DNA of 64,000 nt, taken from positions 1-64,000 of IMG/VR virus record IMGVR_UViG_3300043444_000502. The stretch is one strand, 5' to 3'. A program made the position numbers and the translations under genes. This stretch comes from a virus (Duplodnaviria; Heunggongvirae; Uroviricota; Caudoviricetes). The stretch's first letter is position 1; each line of letters opens with the position of its first letter. Under the pieces are notes generated by a model. It made no database searches. It was given only the letters and a program-made list of their open reading frames with translations, and was not told where the DNA came from. This document shows positions 25,965 through 36,225 of the stretch, in pieces.

Positions 25965-27161
25965 ATGGCAACAGTAAAAATTAATGGCAAGGCGTTTAAA
26001 GCGCCAAAGAAACGTATCACAAACCCGTTGTTGCTTGATGAAAAGTACACTGGTGAGGAACCTATTTTTACTGGTGTCGAATTTAAGGATGAAAGTGATC
26101 GACGTATTAAGTTGATGCAAGCATTCTTCTATTACAACTATTTCAATAGTGGTAAACACTTTAAGAAAGATCTAATCAAATATGCTAAAGACGAACTTAA
26201 GTTTAGTAAAGACAAACTTGAATTGTTGGATAGTGCGCCTGATTGGACTACTGAACTACAATCTGGAGCTCTTCTCCGTATGCGTAGCCGTGGTCTTATT
26301 CTACGCGATCGCGAGTTTGAATACATAAAAAACAACCTTGAAAAGATGATGCTTGCGGCAATTCGCAAGGTCAAAGAAGATGCTGTAGAAGAAGCAAAAG
26401 ATGCAGCCAATGGGCATGTCAAGCGTGAAGTAATCTCTGTGCAAGAACGTCTACGAATGAAGGTAGATGCTACTGTGCTTGGTGATCTTGAAGACATGCT
26501 TGATCAATGGATCATGGGAGAATCTCCTTCGATTGACATCTATGAAGCTATGAAAGCAGCCATTTTACCTGCTATGGCATCAAAACACATCATCGATTGG
26601 GCTAATAGACACCTTGTGGAGATGCAAGGTGCTATAAATAAGATAGATCCTCAGTTAGTTGAGGGTTATTCTCATCTTACAGCAAAGCGTAAGAAAGAAT
26701 TTGTATCATGGTTCGAGGGTATTATTGCTGACGCTCAGCGGTTTGGTACTAACACTAAAACTGTCCGCAAAGCCCGTACGAAAAAACCCGTATCTCTCGA
26801 GAAACAAATCTCGAAGCTCAAATACTTGAAGGAGTCGCCCGAGCATAAACTAGTTTCGATCAATCCGTCTCTGATAATCGGTGCAACCGAGTTGTGGACT
26901 TACAATGTAAAGTACAAAGCTCTTACGCGCTATATCGCTGAGTCAGGTCTTGGGTTTGAAATCAAGGGCACTTCCCTTCTTAAGTTCAATACTTCCGAAT
27001 CCCAAACACGCGCATTGCGCAAACCTGAACAAACGTTGTCAGAGGTGCTGTCGTCTTCAAAAACGAAAGCAGCCAAACTATTTGCTTCATTAACTACGAA
27101 GCCTAAAGAACCAAATGGACGGATCAACGAAGATACGATCATTTTAAAGGTAACTAAATGA
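25965..27161 (+). CDS. hypothetical early protein
   Basis: early promoter at 25919-25947; 398 aa. Confidence 0.55.
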   Translation: MATVKINGKAFKAPKKRITNPLLLDEKYTGEEPIFTGVEFKDESDRRIKLMQAFFYYNYFNSGKHFKKDLIKYAKDELKFSKDKLELLDSAPDWTTELQSGALLRMRSRGLILRDREFEYIKNNLEKMMLAAIRKVKEDAVEEAKDAANGHVKREVISVQERLRMKVDATVLGDLEDMLDQWIMGESPSIDIYEAMKAAILPAMASKHIIDWANRHLVEMQGAINKIDPQLVEGYSHLTAKRKKEFVSWFEGIIADAQRFGTNTKTVRKARTKKPVSLEKQISKLKYLKESPEHKLVSINPSLIIGATELWTYNVKYKALTRYIAESGLGFEIKGTSLLKFNTSESQTRALRKPEQTLSEVLSSSKTKAAKLFASLTTKPKEPNGRINEDTIILKVTK

Positions 27162-27679
27162 CAGAAATATTAGTCTCAATCACAGTGTGGTTACAAAGTT
27201 TAATTAATCCTATTCCACTAAATGAGCAAGACGTATATTGTTTAACACGAAACGCATATTATGAAGCTAAAGGCGATTCGGAAATGTCACAAATTGCAGT
27301 GACTCATGTAGTTTTAAATAGAATGCATGATCCGAATTTCCCTAAAAACACATGTGATGTTGTATATCAAAAAACAAAACATGATGGAAAAACAACTTGC
27401 CAATTTAGTTGGCATTGTGATCGTCGATTAATGGGTAATATTAAAGACGAAAGAGGTTGGAATGAATCTTACAATGCAGTGAAAACTGCTCTTAAGATGT
27501 ATTATTATAAAGGTGTTGATATAACACAAGGAGCCACGTTTTATCATGCTACGTATGTAAATCCTGGATGGCGAGGTGTGGAAAAGGTAACATCAATTGG
27601 TAGTCACATATATTATAGGAAAAATGAATGTCAGAACAACCAGAAGGTGTGTACACAAAAAAATCGTTCAGCGAGTTAA
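27158..27679 (+). CDS. SleB/Hydrolase_2-like cell-wall hydrolase
   Basis: LTRNAYYEAKGDS .. QIAVTHVVLNR .. GATFYHATYVNPGW. Confidence 0.65.
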   Translation: MTEILVSITVWLQSLINPIPLNEQDVYCLTRNAYYEAKGDSEMSQIAVTHVVLNRMHDPNFPKNTCDVVYQKTKHDGKTTCQFSWHCDRRLMGNIKDERGWNESYNAVKTALKMYYYKGVDITQGATFYHATYVNPGWRGVEKVTSIGSHIYYRKNECQNNQKVCTQKNRSAS

Positions 27680-27864
27680 TTGAAAAACTAGTACGCGAAA
27701 AACGTGGATCTTATTTGGAAACAATCATTGACGTTTGTAAAGAACGTATGATTGATCCAGAAGATATTGCAAAATTAGTGAGTAATCCTATTAAAGCTAA
27801 ATTAGAAGCTGAAGGGATGAATCTTGGTTATTTAAAGAAAAAGAATGAACTTACGTTCGACTGA
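27628..27864 (+). CDS. small acidic protein; positionally equivalent to T4 gp33 (late transcription accessory factor)
   Basis: synteny 33-59-32 only. Confidence 0.3.
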   Translation: MSEQPEGVYTKKSFSELIEKLVREKRGSYLETIIDVCKERMIDPEDIAKLVSNPIKAKLEAEGMNLGYLKKKNELTFD

Positions 27865-28465
27865 TCCATTTGAAGCATATAAAATCTATGTAGCTATGAA
27901 GTTACACTTTGAGTCTAATTCATATGATTTTATAAAATATAATGGTAAGACTAGTGTAACACCTAAATCATTTTTTGCAAGACGCGATAAGTTTTTCTTC
28001 GCTAAAGTTGTTAAACGTTATGGCCTTGATGAGTTAAAGTTATTCTATGCAGTTAACTTCGCTCATCATGGCACAAAATGGATTGGCAATCTAAACGAAG
28101 ATATTGCTGATGATACATACAAAGAATATAAAGCTTTGATGGAATCATTCACATATCGCTTTAAAAATGATATAGATAGAATTATATCGACAAATGATTT
28201 TAAAAGTTTATTCACAGTTGAAGATGGTCAACATCCAAAATTGGTGAAAATGTTACTTCAACAACAAGTATCATTGGAAACTTTTATTGTTATGAATCGA
28301 TATATTGGGTTCATGCAAAAATTTGATCAAGAGATAAAAGATCCATTAATTTGGCCAGATCTCTCGAGAAAAATTAAAAAATATGCACCCTTTATCACGG
28401 TGAATAACGAAAAAACTAAAACTGTTCTCATTGAGTGTTTACAAAATAGTGCAGTTGTGGTATAA
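27845..28465 (+). CDS. gp59: gp59-like helicase loader
   Basis: YKIYVAMKLHF..YDFIKYNGKTS..ARRDKFFFAKVVKRYGLDELKLFYAVNF resembles T4 gp59. Confidence 0.75.
   Translation: MNLRSTDPFEAYKIYVAMKLHFESNSYDFIKYNGKTSVTPKSFFARRDKFFFAKVVKRYGLDELKLFYAVNFAHHGTKWIGNLNEDIADDTYKEYKALMESFTYRFKNDIDRIISTNDFKSLFTVEDGQHPKLVKMLLQQQVSLETFIVMNRYIGFMQKFDQEIKDPLIWPDLSRKIKKYAPFITVNNEKTKTVLIECLQNSAVVV
28437..28465 (+). promoter_or_regulatory. early promoter TTTACA-N17-TGGTATAAT upstream of gp32
   Basis: consensus match. Confidence 0.6.
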
Positions 28466-28510
28466 TAGTTATTCCATACAATGTTAATACGCTAATATAA
28501 GGAAAATACA

Positions 28511-29413
28511 ATGTCTTTAGCAAATCTCAAAGCGCAACGCGCATCCTCTATCAATAAACTTGTCGCAGCAGCGGAAAAAGTAGGTGGAGGTCAACAACAA
28601 CAATCTTATGAAGACAATCGCATGTGGAAACCAGAAGTTGACAAAGCCGGTAACGGTTTTGCAGTTATTCGTTTCTTACCTGCACCTGAAGGTGATGATT
28701 ATCCATGGGCTCGTTATTGGGACCACGGTTTCCAAGGTCCTGGTGGTTGGTACATCGAAAAGTCTCTCACATCAATCGGTCAAAATGATCCAGTCGGTGA
28801 ATTGAATTCCAAACTTTGGAATAGTGGTTTAGAATCTGACAAAGATATTGCTCGTAAACAGAAGCGTCGTCTTCATTACGTATCTAATATTCTTGTTGTA
28901 TCTGATCCTGCTCATCCCGAAAATGAAGGAAAAGTTTTCCTATTCCAATATGGTAAGAAAATTTATGACAAGATGATGGATGTTATGCAACCTCAATTCC
29001 AAGATGAAGAACCTATTAATCCGTTCGATCTTTGGGAAGGTGCAAACTTCAAACTTAAGATTCGTAATGTTGAAGGTTATCGTAACTATGATAAATCAGA
29101 ATTCGACAAAGTAACAGCTGTTGCTAATGGCGATGAAGATGAACTCGAGAAGATTTATAGCAAATGTTATTCATTGAAGGAATTCACTGATCCATCTAAA
29201 TATAAATCATACGATGAATTGAAGGCAAAGTTAGAGCGTGTTCTTGGTGGTTCTGCACCTCGCACTACTGCTGAATCAATTACGCTTGATGAGTCTGCTG
29301 CTGCACCAACAGCTCGTACTGCTGCACCAAAATTTGCACCAGTCGAATCTATGGATGATAGCGGTGATGACGAAACGTTGAGTTACTTTAGCAAACTAGC
29401 TTCTGAAGCTTAA
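28511..29413 (+). CDS. gp32: gp32 single-stranded DNA-binding protein
   Basis: AVIRFLPAPEGDD, PENEGKVFLFQYGKKIYDKMMDVM, WEGANFKLKIRNVEGYRNYD and acidic C-terminus, all closely matching T4 gp32; early promoter at 28437. Confidence 0.95.
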   Translation: MSLANLKAQRASSINKLVAAAEKVGGGQQQQSYEDNRMWKPEVDKAGNGFAVIRFLPAPEGDDYPWARYWDHGFQGPGGWYIEKSLTSIGQNDPVGELNSKLWNSGLESDKDIARKQKRRLHYVSNILVVSDPAHPENEGKVFLFQYGKKIYDKMMDVMQPQFQDEEPINPFDLWEGANFKLKIRNVEGYRNYDKSEFDKVTAVANGDEDELEKIYSKCYSLKEFTDPSKYKSYDELKAKLERVLGGSAPRTTAESITLDESAAAPTARTAAPKFAPVESMDDSGDDETLSYFSKLASEA

Positions 29414-29420
29414 ACATGGA

Positions 29421-29447
29421 TGAGGGCTTCGGCCCTCATTTTTTTAT
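29421..29447 (+). terminator. rho-independent terminator after gp32
   Basis: TGAGGGC-TTCG-GCCCTCA + T8. Confidence 0.7.
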
Positions 29448-30168
29448 GATTTTTATTAAACCAAAACAAATAATTATTGATGCGTTTACTATTAATAGTG
29501 GCATTCATAATTATTTTTCACCATCTAAAGCAACAGATTTTCTGCCTCAATGGTGGAAAAATCTACCAAAATCAATTGCGATTAATAAGCATGATATGAC
29601 AGTTGATTATGCTACTATGAAACAATGTGATGGTTTCATAGAACAATATAAAAATTCTTTTATTGTTCCGTTGTGGTCAGATTTAATTATTAAAACATAT
29701 AACGATGGTAGATGGCAATATATGTTTTCAACTGAAGATACTCCATCTATGCAAGAACATCGTGAATATATGACGCGTGATGTTACTGAATTTAATAATA
29801 TCATTCAATTAAAATTACCTACTCCTTGGTTATTTGTGGAAAAAACTGGTGTAAAGTTTCAATTACACGAACCATTTTGGAATAGAATACATAAATTAAA
29901 CGAAATTCGTACTGCACCAGGAATTTTGAACTTTAAAGATCAAAATGCAGTTGTTAATGTATTCTTGGCAGAAAAAATAAATAAAGAAATTCATATGAAT
30001 AGCGGAGATCCATTATTAATGTTTACTCCTTTATCTGACAAAAACATTAAAATAAAATCACATGTAGTTGATGAAGGAGAATGGAAACGTATACATGATA
30101 AAACGATGTATGTGTCATCGTTTAGCGGTTTCTATAAAAAGAATAAAATTCGATGTCCATTTAAATAA
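29447..30168 (+). CDS. hypothetical protein (track start 29416 lies inside the gp32 terminator hairpin)
   Basis: ORF track. Confidence 0.45.
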
Positions 30169-30509
30169 TGCCTGGAGTTTATAAAGAAAAAATATGTCCT
30201 AATTGCAATAAGGTACATAGAAAACGTGGACCGAATTGCTCACAGGCGTGCGCAAATTCTGTGCGAGAAATTAGTGACAAAACTAAATTGATTCATTCTC
30301 ATAACGCGAAAGAATGGAAGAAAACACCTGAAGGTGTTGCGAGCACAAAGAAGTTTGCTCGCGATATTGCTAAACATAAACAAAACGAAGAACGTAGATC
30401 ACGCGGCGAATATGTGTTAGAAGATGATGATTGGTATGTAGTACCAGAATACGGTGATAAAGAAGACATTAACGATAATGATAATTGGCAAGAAGTAGAT
30501 GGATGGTAA
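30168..30509 (+). CDS. zinc-ribbon protein
   Basis: CPNCNKVHRKRGPNCSQAC. Confidence 0.45.
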   Translation: MPGVYKEKICPNCNKVHRKRGPNCSQACANSVREISDKTKLIHSHNAKEWKKTPEGVASTKKFARDIAKHKQNEERRSRGEYVLEDDDWYVVPEYGDKEDINDNDNWQEVDGW

Positions 30510-30720
30510 TATGATTCAGAAAAAAGAAAAACTTAAAGAACAATGTGATATTTTAGTTGGTTCATTACTTGGTCATAACGCTGATTTGTGTGACATGTGG
30601 TGGAAAACACAAAATCAAGCATTCAATTTTAAATCACCACAAGAAGTTTTTGATGGAGACGGTGCGTCAGAAGTTTATAATTATTTGATGCATCATGCAT
30701 TCGTTGGCGGTGGATCATGA
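30499..30720 (+). CDS. hypothetical protein
   Basis: ORF track. Confidence 0.4.
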   Translation: MDGNMIQKKEKLKEQCDILVGSLLGHNADLCDMWWKTQNQAFNFKSPQEVFDGDGASEVYNYLMHHAFVGGGS

Positions 30721-31004
30721 CAGACGAAGAAGCATTATCATTCTATGAAGAGCTCAAACAATTTTACGGTGATCATTTAGCTAATTTTGAGCATGAACCA
30801 AGAAGATTCGCACATCAAATTAAATTGTATCGCTATTATAAGGAAAGATAATGGAAGACACTGACATGTATCTCGAAAAAATCCGAGATCCAGGTATGCC
30901 AACATATACCTATTTTTTTAAAATAGGTGAAAGAATTGTTAGTCCTTATTTTAATAGCGAACAAGAAGCAATAGATTGGAAACATGCTGCAAATTAAATA
31001 ACTG

Positions 31005-31033
31005 TTTACAGCAAAGAAAAACCGTGGTATAAT
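31005..31033 (+). promoter_or_regulatory. early promoter TTTACA-N17-TGGTATAAT embedded in a terminator hairpin
   Basis: consensus match; see hairpin 31016-31051. Confidence 0.55.
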
Positions 31034-31065
31034 AGATCATATCACGGTTTTTTTACGCTCATAAT

Positions 31066-31344
31066 ATGTTAACATTATTCACTAATAAAGAATCAGAAGC
31101 ACATGCATTGCCTCAAGATAATCTCGAGGATGTGATGATGGAACTATTGCGATACGGACAACCACGTGTTGGTGTGTACAGCTCGAACGGAACTTGGAGT
31201 TGCCACATTGAAATGAACACAATGACTGTTGGTTCTGACTTCACTGTTCGATCAGATCATGGTATGCCAACACCATTATCAGCAGCTAAGCAATGTTTGG
31301 AGCGTGTAACGAAAGCAGTAGCTGTGTATAAGGCGATCGCATGA
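31066..31344 (+). CDS. hypothetical protein
   Basis: early promoter at 31005-31033. Confidence 0.45.
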   Translation: MLTLFTNKESEAHALPQDNLEDVMMELLRYGQPRVGVYSSNGTWSCHIEMNTMTVGSDFTVRSDHGMPTPLSAAKQCLERVTKAVAVYKAIA

Positions 31345-31607
31345 AGTATGTAATCGCTGGCTCAAAGAATGAGTATGATACATTCATTCGCGAATACAAA
31401 TTGAATCCTAATGAATACAAATATGTGTATGATGCAATTAGTATTAGAGGAACAAGAGATCCACATGGGTTTTTGATTGGATCATGGAGAAACAGAGACG
31501 ACATAAGTGAAATTGTAGAGACTATATGGTTATGCATGCGCACACCAAATAAAGAGTTTGATAAAATTTTGGCAGAGTTTAGGTCACATAAAAGAGAGGT
31601 ATATTGA
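31341..31607 (+). CDS. hypothetical protein
   Basis: ORF track; ATGA overlap. Confidence 0.4.
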   Translation: MKYVIAGSKNEYDTFIREYKLNPNEYKYVYDAISIRGTRDPHGFLIGSWRNRDDISEIVETIWLCMRTPNKEFDKILAEFRSHKREVY

Positions 31608-31813
31608 TGACTATTCGAGAACTTACATTGCGCGAGATGATAATTGAGCGCATCCTTTTTGCGGTTGATGAGGACATTCTCGAAGAGATGTATCATACAA
31701 CTGAAGATGAGTTACAACACATGAGCGATCATGATTTGATTGACTTATATGAAGATGTTGTATTTGATACTGGACATGCAAGTGGATTAATGGATGCAGA
31801 CGATGAACGATAA
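31604..31813 (+). CDS. hypothetical acidic protein
   Basis: ORF track. Confidence 0.4.
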   Translation: MMTIRELTLREMIIERILFAVDEDILEEMYHTTEDELQHMSDHDLIDLYEDVVFDTGHASGLMDADDER

Positions 31814-32078
31814 AGTGAATGAGATTTATGCAATCACTCAAGAAGAGTGCGCAGAGGTCGTACAAGCAATTAGTAAAGCGATGAGATTTGGATTAGACTC
31901 ATCACATAAAGGTCGTACAAATCGAGATCATCTTGAAGAAGAAGTCGGTGATTTATTGTGTATGATTGATCTATTAGTTGAGAATGGTGTATGTGATATG
32001 GTTTCAGTATTAGAAGCAAGTAAACGTAAACGTGATAAACTTAAACAATGGAGCACGATTTTTAAGGAACAAGAATGA
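31794..32078 (+). CDS. MazG-like NTP pyrophosphohydrolase (small)
   Basis: EECAEVVQA ... EEEVGDLLCMIDLL. Confidence 0.5.
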   Translation: MQTMNDKVNEIYAITQEECAEVVQAISKAMRFGLDSSHKGRTNRDHLEEEVGDLLCMIDLLVENGVCDMVSVLEASKRKRDKLKQWSTIFKEQE

Positions 32079-32467
32079 ATCTCAATGAATATCACGTGAA
32101 CAATGAAATGGTATTAGCTAATAATGACGTACATTATTTAGCTAAAGATGTGGCAGAAAAACAAGCAAAAGATTCGTATCTCACTGTTGGTAAATGGTTT
32201 AGATCATTATCTCAAAATGATATTAACGAAATAATGGATATGGCAGACAATGATATTGAATCGTTAATTTTGATTACAATGATGCTATCTAGATCTGAAG
32301 GAGTATACATCAATGATGATTTAGAATTGCATGAATGTGTGAATATGTTAGCAGCATTTGGTGCTGTGGCATCGCTTGATCGAAAAGGTTTGGCACATGC
32401 ATATTATGATAATTTTTCTTTTGGTTTAGATATGAGAAAAGCGGAAATTGCTCGGGCGATTAAGTGA
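32075..32467 (+). CDS. hypothetical protein
   Basis: ORF track. Confidence 0.4.
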   Translation: MNLNEYHVNNEMVLANNDVHYLAKDVAEKQAKDSYLTVGKWFRSLSQNDINEIMDMADNDIESLILITMMLSRSEGVYINDDLELHECVNMLAAFGAVASLDRKGLAHAYYDNFSFGLDMRKAEIARAIK

Positions 32468-32760
32468 TGGGAAATTTAACAGAATATTTTAATAATCGCA
32501 AATTACATACACCAATTTATGAAATCGGTGATCGTGTACGAGGCATTGTGAATGGAATTCCAATTTCTGGCACAGTAGGTAATGATACGCTTGTATCGCT
32601 CGAAGAAGGACCATATGTATTAGTACACCTTGATTTACCCGTAAATGGATCCACAATCATGAAGTGTAAACATAAAGATATTGGTATATTAGAGAAGTTT
32701 AAATTTAATATGAAGGATAATAATGAAGTGGTTAAGAAACAAAAAGGCAAATCTAGGTGA
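32464..32760 (+). CDS. hypothetical protein
   Basis: ORF track. Confidence 0.4.
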   Translation: MMGNLTEYFNNRKLHTPIYEIGDRVRGIVNGIPISGTVGNDTLVSLEEGPYVLVHLDLPVNGSTIMKCKHKDIGILEKFKFNMKDNNEVVKKQKGKSR

Positions 32761-32926
32761 TCAACGCGAAGTAATTCGCTTCGCCTTTTTGCCGGTATTT
32801 TCAGACGATTACATTATATGGATGGAAAAATATATTTCGATCGAAGAATATAATCGTTGGATTATCGATGAAATGCATGGATACGTAGAAAGTTGGCAAG
32901 TTAAAGAACGAAAGGCTTTTGTATGA
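32723..32926 (+). CDS. hypothetical protein
   Basis: ORF track. Confidence 0.35.
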   Translation: MKWLRNKKANLGDQREVIRFAFLPVFSDDYIIWMEKYISIEEYNRWIIDEMHGYVESWQVKERKAFV

Positions 32927-33120
32927 AAGCATATATTCACACAGAGGATATTGACCGAATCAAAGCGCTGATGGAAACAGTTGATTATGATGGTAACTTT
33001 GAGATCGAGATCGATGAATCCTCAGGCATTGGAAGGACAGTCACAGTCCATGTACCATACTCAGTCAACTCTTTGCGTGGTACATTTTCTTATATTATTT
33101 CAAATGTGGAGAATTGGTAA
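32923..33120 (+). CDS. hypothetical protein
   Basis: ORF track. Confidence 0.35.
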   Translation: MKAYIHTEDIDRIKALMETVDYDGNFEIEIDESSGIGRTVTVHVPYSVNSLRGTFSYIISNVENW

Positions 33121-33629
33121 TGAGTAACTATGAAAAACACGCAATGATGGAATTCCGTGCTGCGGGATGGGTGGATGAGAATGGCAATTACATCGATGAG
33201 ATGCAAGAGATGATTTGTAAGCATGTGCTTGCATTGCTTAAAGTGTTTGATGGTGAGGGACACAGCGGATCTTCTGCACCGTATGCGATCAACCTATTCT
33301 CAAAGCTTGCTAAGTTTGATCCTGTGGTGCCACTGACTGGTGAGGATTGGGAATGGAATGAAGTAAGTGAACGAATGGGTAGTAAGTGTTGGCAAAATAA
33401 ACGATGTGGTAAGGTGTTCAAAGATGAAGATGGACGAGCATACGATATCGATGGAAAAGTTTTTTGGGAGTGGAGTGGCACCAAAGAAGATCCATTCAAG
33501 TCACACTACACATGCAGAGAGTCTCGTGTCTATGTAGATTTCCCCTACATGCCAAAGACTGAGTATGTGTATCGATACTCAGACGCCGAACCACCATGCC
33601 TTCCACAAACTGAGGAGGGTTTTCTATGA
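33114..33629 (+). CDS. hypothetical protein
   Basis: ORF track. Confidence 0.45.
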   Translation: MVMSNYEKHAMMEFRAAGWVDENGNYIDEMQEMICKHVLALLKVFDGEGHSGSSAPYAINLFSKLAKFDPVVPLTGEDWEWNEVSERMGSKCWQNKRCGKVFKDEDGRAYDIDGKVFWEWSGTKEDPFKSHYTCRESRVYVDFPYMPKTEYVYRYSDAEPPCLPQTEEGFL

Positions 33630-33789
33630 GTTACGTATTGATCGCAATGTGGTTTAATAGTGCAGGAATGCAAGTGTCAATGACTGAGGTATCATCTGCA
33701 TCGACATGTTATGAGGCTAAGGCACAAATCGAGTCATATTTTAAAGCAACAAAGGATCGTACTAACATGCAAGTGTTGTGCGTTAAAAA

Positions 33790-34128
33790 ATGAACGAAGA
33801 AGTATGTAAGCGCGAACTAAATTGGTGGGAACATTACCCACTCCATCAACTTTGGTGCAATGATTTATGTCCTCTTGTGCCACGTTTCCATTACCGTCCC
33901 AAGGATGAGTGGAATGCGACAGATTTTGGTGTGCATTGGCTTATCTTCCATGTGTGGACACTATCACACGTAAGCTTTCAGTTTGACTTGGAAATCTCGC
34001 CATCTTGTATTGGTTTTGGCTTCATTCTCCCGTATCTTCGTGTCTTTGTTGGTCCTCGTCACATGCATGGACGTGTCAACCAGTTTTTCTATAAGTACCT
34101 CACTCGTAAAGGGACTTCAGGATGGTGA
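33790..34128 (+). CDS. hypothetical Trp/His-rich protein in the GC-richer island
   Basis: ORF track; competing frames exist. Confidence 0.25.
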   Translation: MNEEVCKRELNWWEHYPLHQLWCNDLCPLVPRFHYRPKDEWNATDFGVHWLIFHVWTLSHVSFQFDLEISPSCIGFGFILPYLRVFVGPRHMHGRVNQFFYKYLTRKGTSGW

Positions 34129-34939
34129 CATTGTTATTGATGCTGAAGATCACACTCAGTTTATTCTTTACGATGGCCACAGGTGTGTTCATAGGTAATA
34201 CATTTTGGAACTATAATATCGCTATCATGCCTTGGTGGTTCAAATATTCCCTCGGGTTTGTAGCACTATCATTCTTCATTAGTCTATTCGCCTTGGTAAT
34301 GATGGGAATTTGGAGTATCCAACTATGAGGAAATGGTGTGAGAGGTGTAATAAGTATCACAATGCCGAATCCGTGGACCCCGAGAAGATCGCACGAGATC
34401 ATGCACAAGAGTTAGCTGATGAGATTGACCGTATGGTCATGGAGAAGATTAAGAATGAAAAACAAGATCGAGTACGATAACACCACATCCCTCACCCACT
34501 TCATGGATCTATTCACGATCAATAGACTCGAGAGGACTATCTACTTTGAAGAGAATTGCACGCCTCAAAATGTGCAACTTATTGAGTCATGTAAGGTAGT
34601 CATCGATCACTTGAAAGCAGTATGGGGAATAGAATGACTGAGTTCGAACAAGACTGTATCCACCATTATGGGAAGATCCTCACGGGGAAATACAAGCACT
34701 ATTGCTGTGAATGGGATTTTCTCCCGATAGATGAGACATGCCAAGAATTTTTTGCATGTGCATGTTTTGAGGATGATAAGGAATGAGATATGCAATTATG
34801 TTTGGGATACTCATCACGTTCGTGTCATGCACGCAGATCCAAGTTCATTGTCCGCACAACACAAAGTGCTATGCCACTGGGACTGTATACACATTCTGAT
34901 AATAGTCTACCGTTTTGCATGTAATACTATCTTCCTACA

Positions 34940-34992
34940 TGTACAAACCCATCCCATTTGATAGAATAGGTCCTAACAAATCAACAAAAGGA
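34940..34992 (+). promoter_or_regulatory. promoter TGTACA-N16-TAGAAT plus conserved 22-nt leader TCCTAACAAATCAACAAAAGGA
   Basis: the same module recurs at 36164-36217. Confidence 0.45.
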
Positions 34993-35000
34993 CTAAGAAA

Positions 35001-35186
35001 ATGTACGGATACCTGCAAAGCTCATATGAACAAGACTTGGAAGTAGTGAAGGCCAAACTCGCAGAGGAAGGCATCACAGTCTACACAACATACAAAGCCA
35101 ATCACTGTGTTGGCGTATCATATGGACGAGTCAGTGCATACTATATCGTTCGAAATGGAAAGGTTGTAGATGTCCAGATTGACTGA
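35001..35186 (+). CDS. hypothetical small protein
   Basis: preceded by the promoter+leader module 34940-34992. Confidence 0.35.
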   Translation: MYGYLQSSYEQDLEVVKAKLAEEGITVYTTYKANHCVGVSYGRVSAYYIVRNGKVVDVQID

Positions 35187-35249
35187 ATTCCTTGCTAAAC
35201 TCGCCTCTGACAAAGAGATCATGAACATATTGAAAAGAATGGCTAACAA

Positions 35250-35486
35250 ATGAACACTCGTACCCTCTATTCCCTCGAACTTGATATTTGTGCAGAATAT
35301 CCCTTAACTGATCTTGCTAATGACATGTCCACATACGCATTAGTATGCCAATTGATCAATGCCAATGGACCAGGAGGAGGAAACCCCGTATATCGTTTCT
35401 CATCATACAATAAAGACGACCTACTCGCCTTCGCAGAGGCATGTGGATATGAAGATGCAGAGGAATTCCTTGAGGTGACAGTATGA
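35250..35486 (+). CDS. hypothetical small protein
   Basis: ORF track. Confidence 0.3.
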   Translation: MNTRTLYSLELDICAEYPLTDLANDMSTYALVCQLINANGPGGGNPVYRFSSYNKDDLLAFAEACGYEDAEEFLEVTV

Positions 35487-35552
35487 TCACAACATTCATA
35501 CTTTCCTCTATCGTCTACATCTCAATGTTCTTCCACATGATTAAAGGACTAT

Positions 35553-35789
35553 ATGTATAACAAAAAGAAATGGGTAATCGCCTTCCCCGGTGAATTCGGT
35601 CAAGATGTACAAGAGACATGGACAGAGGACCAAATACTAAAATCGTATTGGACATATTGGGCAACAAAGATGATCGATGCGGGTAAGGGAGATCTAATAG
35701 ACAAGAAGAGATGCATCGATGATTGGGTCACAGTGCATTGGGCAATAGAATTAGATAGTAAAAACTACCAAGATTTTGGTAGTAACTGA
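35553..35789 (+). CDS. hypothetical small protein
   Basis: ORF track. Confidence 0.3.
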   Translation: MYNKKKWVIAFPGEFGQDVQETWTEDQILKSYWTYWATKMIDAGKGDLIDKKRCIDDWVTVHWAIELDSKNYQDFGSN

Positions 35790-36163
35790 GGCACGCGAAA
35801 AGGGCACATATGAATAAATGGATAGATTGGATACACGAAAATTTGTGGAATATTATTTTTGTTGTGTGGTTCCTCTCATCGGTGCTAGAATTCACGGGGT
35901 TTGTGATAGATGTGAAGCATAGTGACACAGAAACCAAAGTATCTGTAGAGACGCCGATCAAGGAACAGAAACCTAAGGCTACAGATGCTTAAAGCATCAT
36001 CAGAATCCACTCCCACGCCACCCACAGAGACCAAAGGCTTGAATTCCACCTGGTGATAAATCACCCTACATGGTGATAAACCGAAAATAGTTGAAAAATA
36101 TTTTATCCAATCCGGTCAATGACTTACACGGACGGTCTTGGATCTGGGCGACGGGAGGGCCTA

Positions 36164-36217
36164 TGTACAACTGCGAAAAATCAGTATAGAATCTATCCTA
36201 ACAAATCAACAAAAGGA
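36164..36217 (+). promoter_or_regulatory. promoter TGTACA-N17-TAGAAT plus conserved leader TCCTAACAAATCAACAAAAGGA
   Basis: duplicate of the 34940-34992 module; precedes the ATPase gene. Confidence 0.45.
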
Positions 36218-36225
36218 TTAGATAG

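Noticed and set aside
29416-29446. Track start ATG 29416 for the gene after gp32
   Set aside because: This ATG lies inside the stem of the gp32 terminator hairpin; the downstream ATG 29447 is more plausible.
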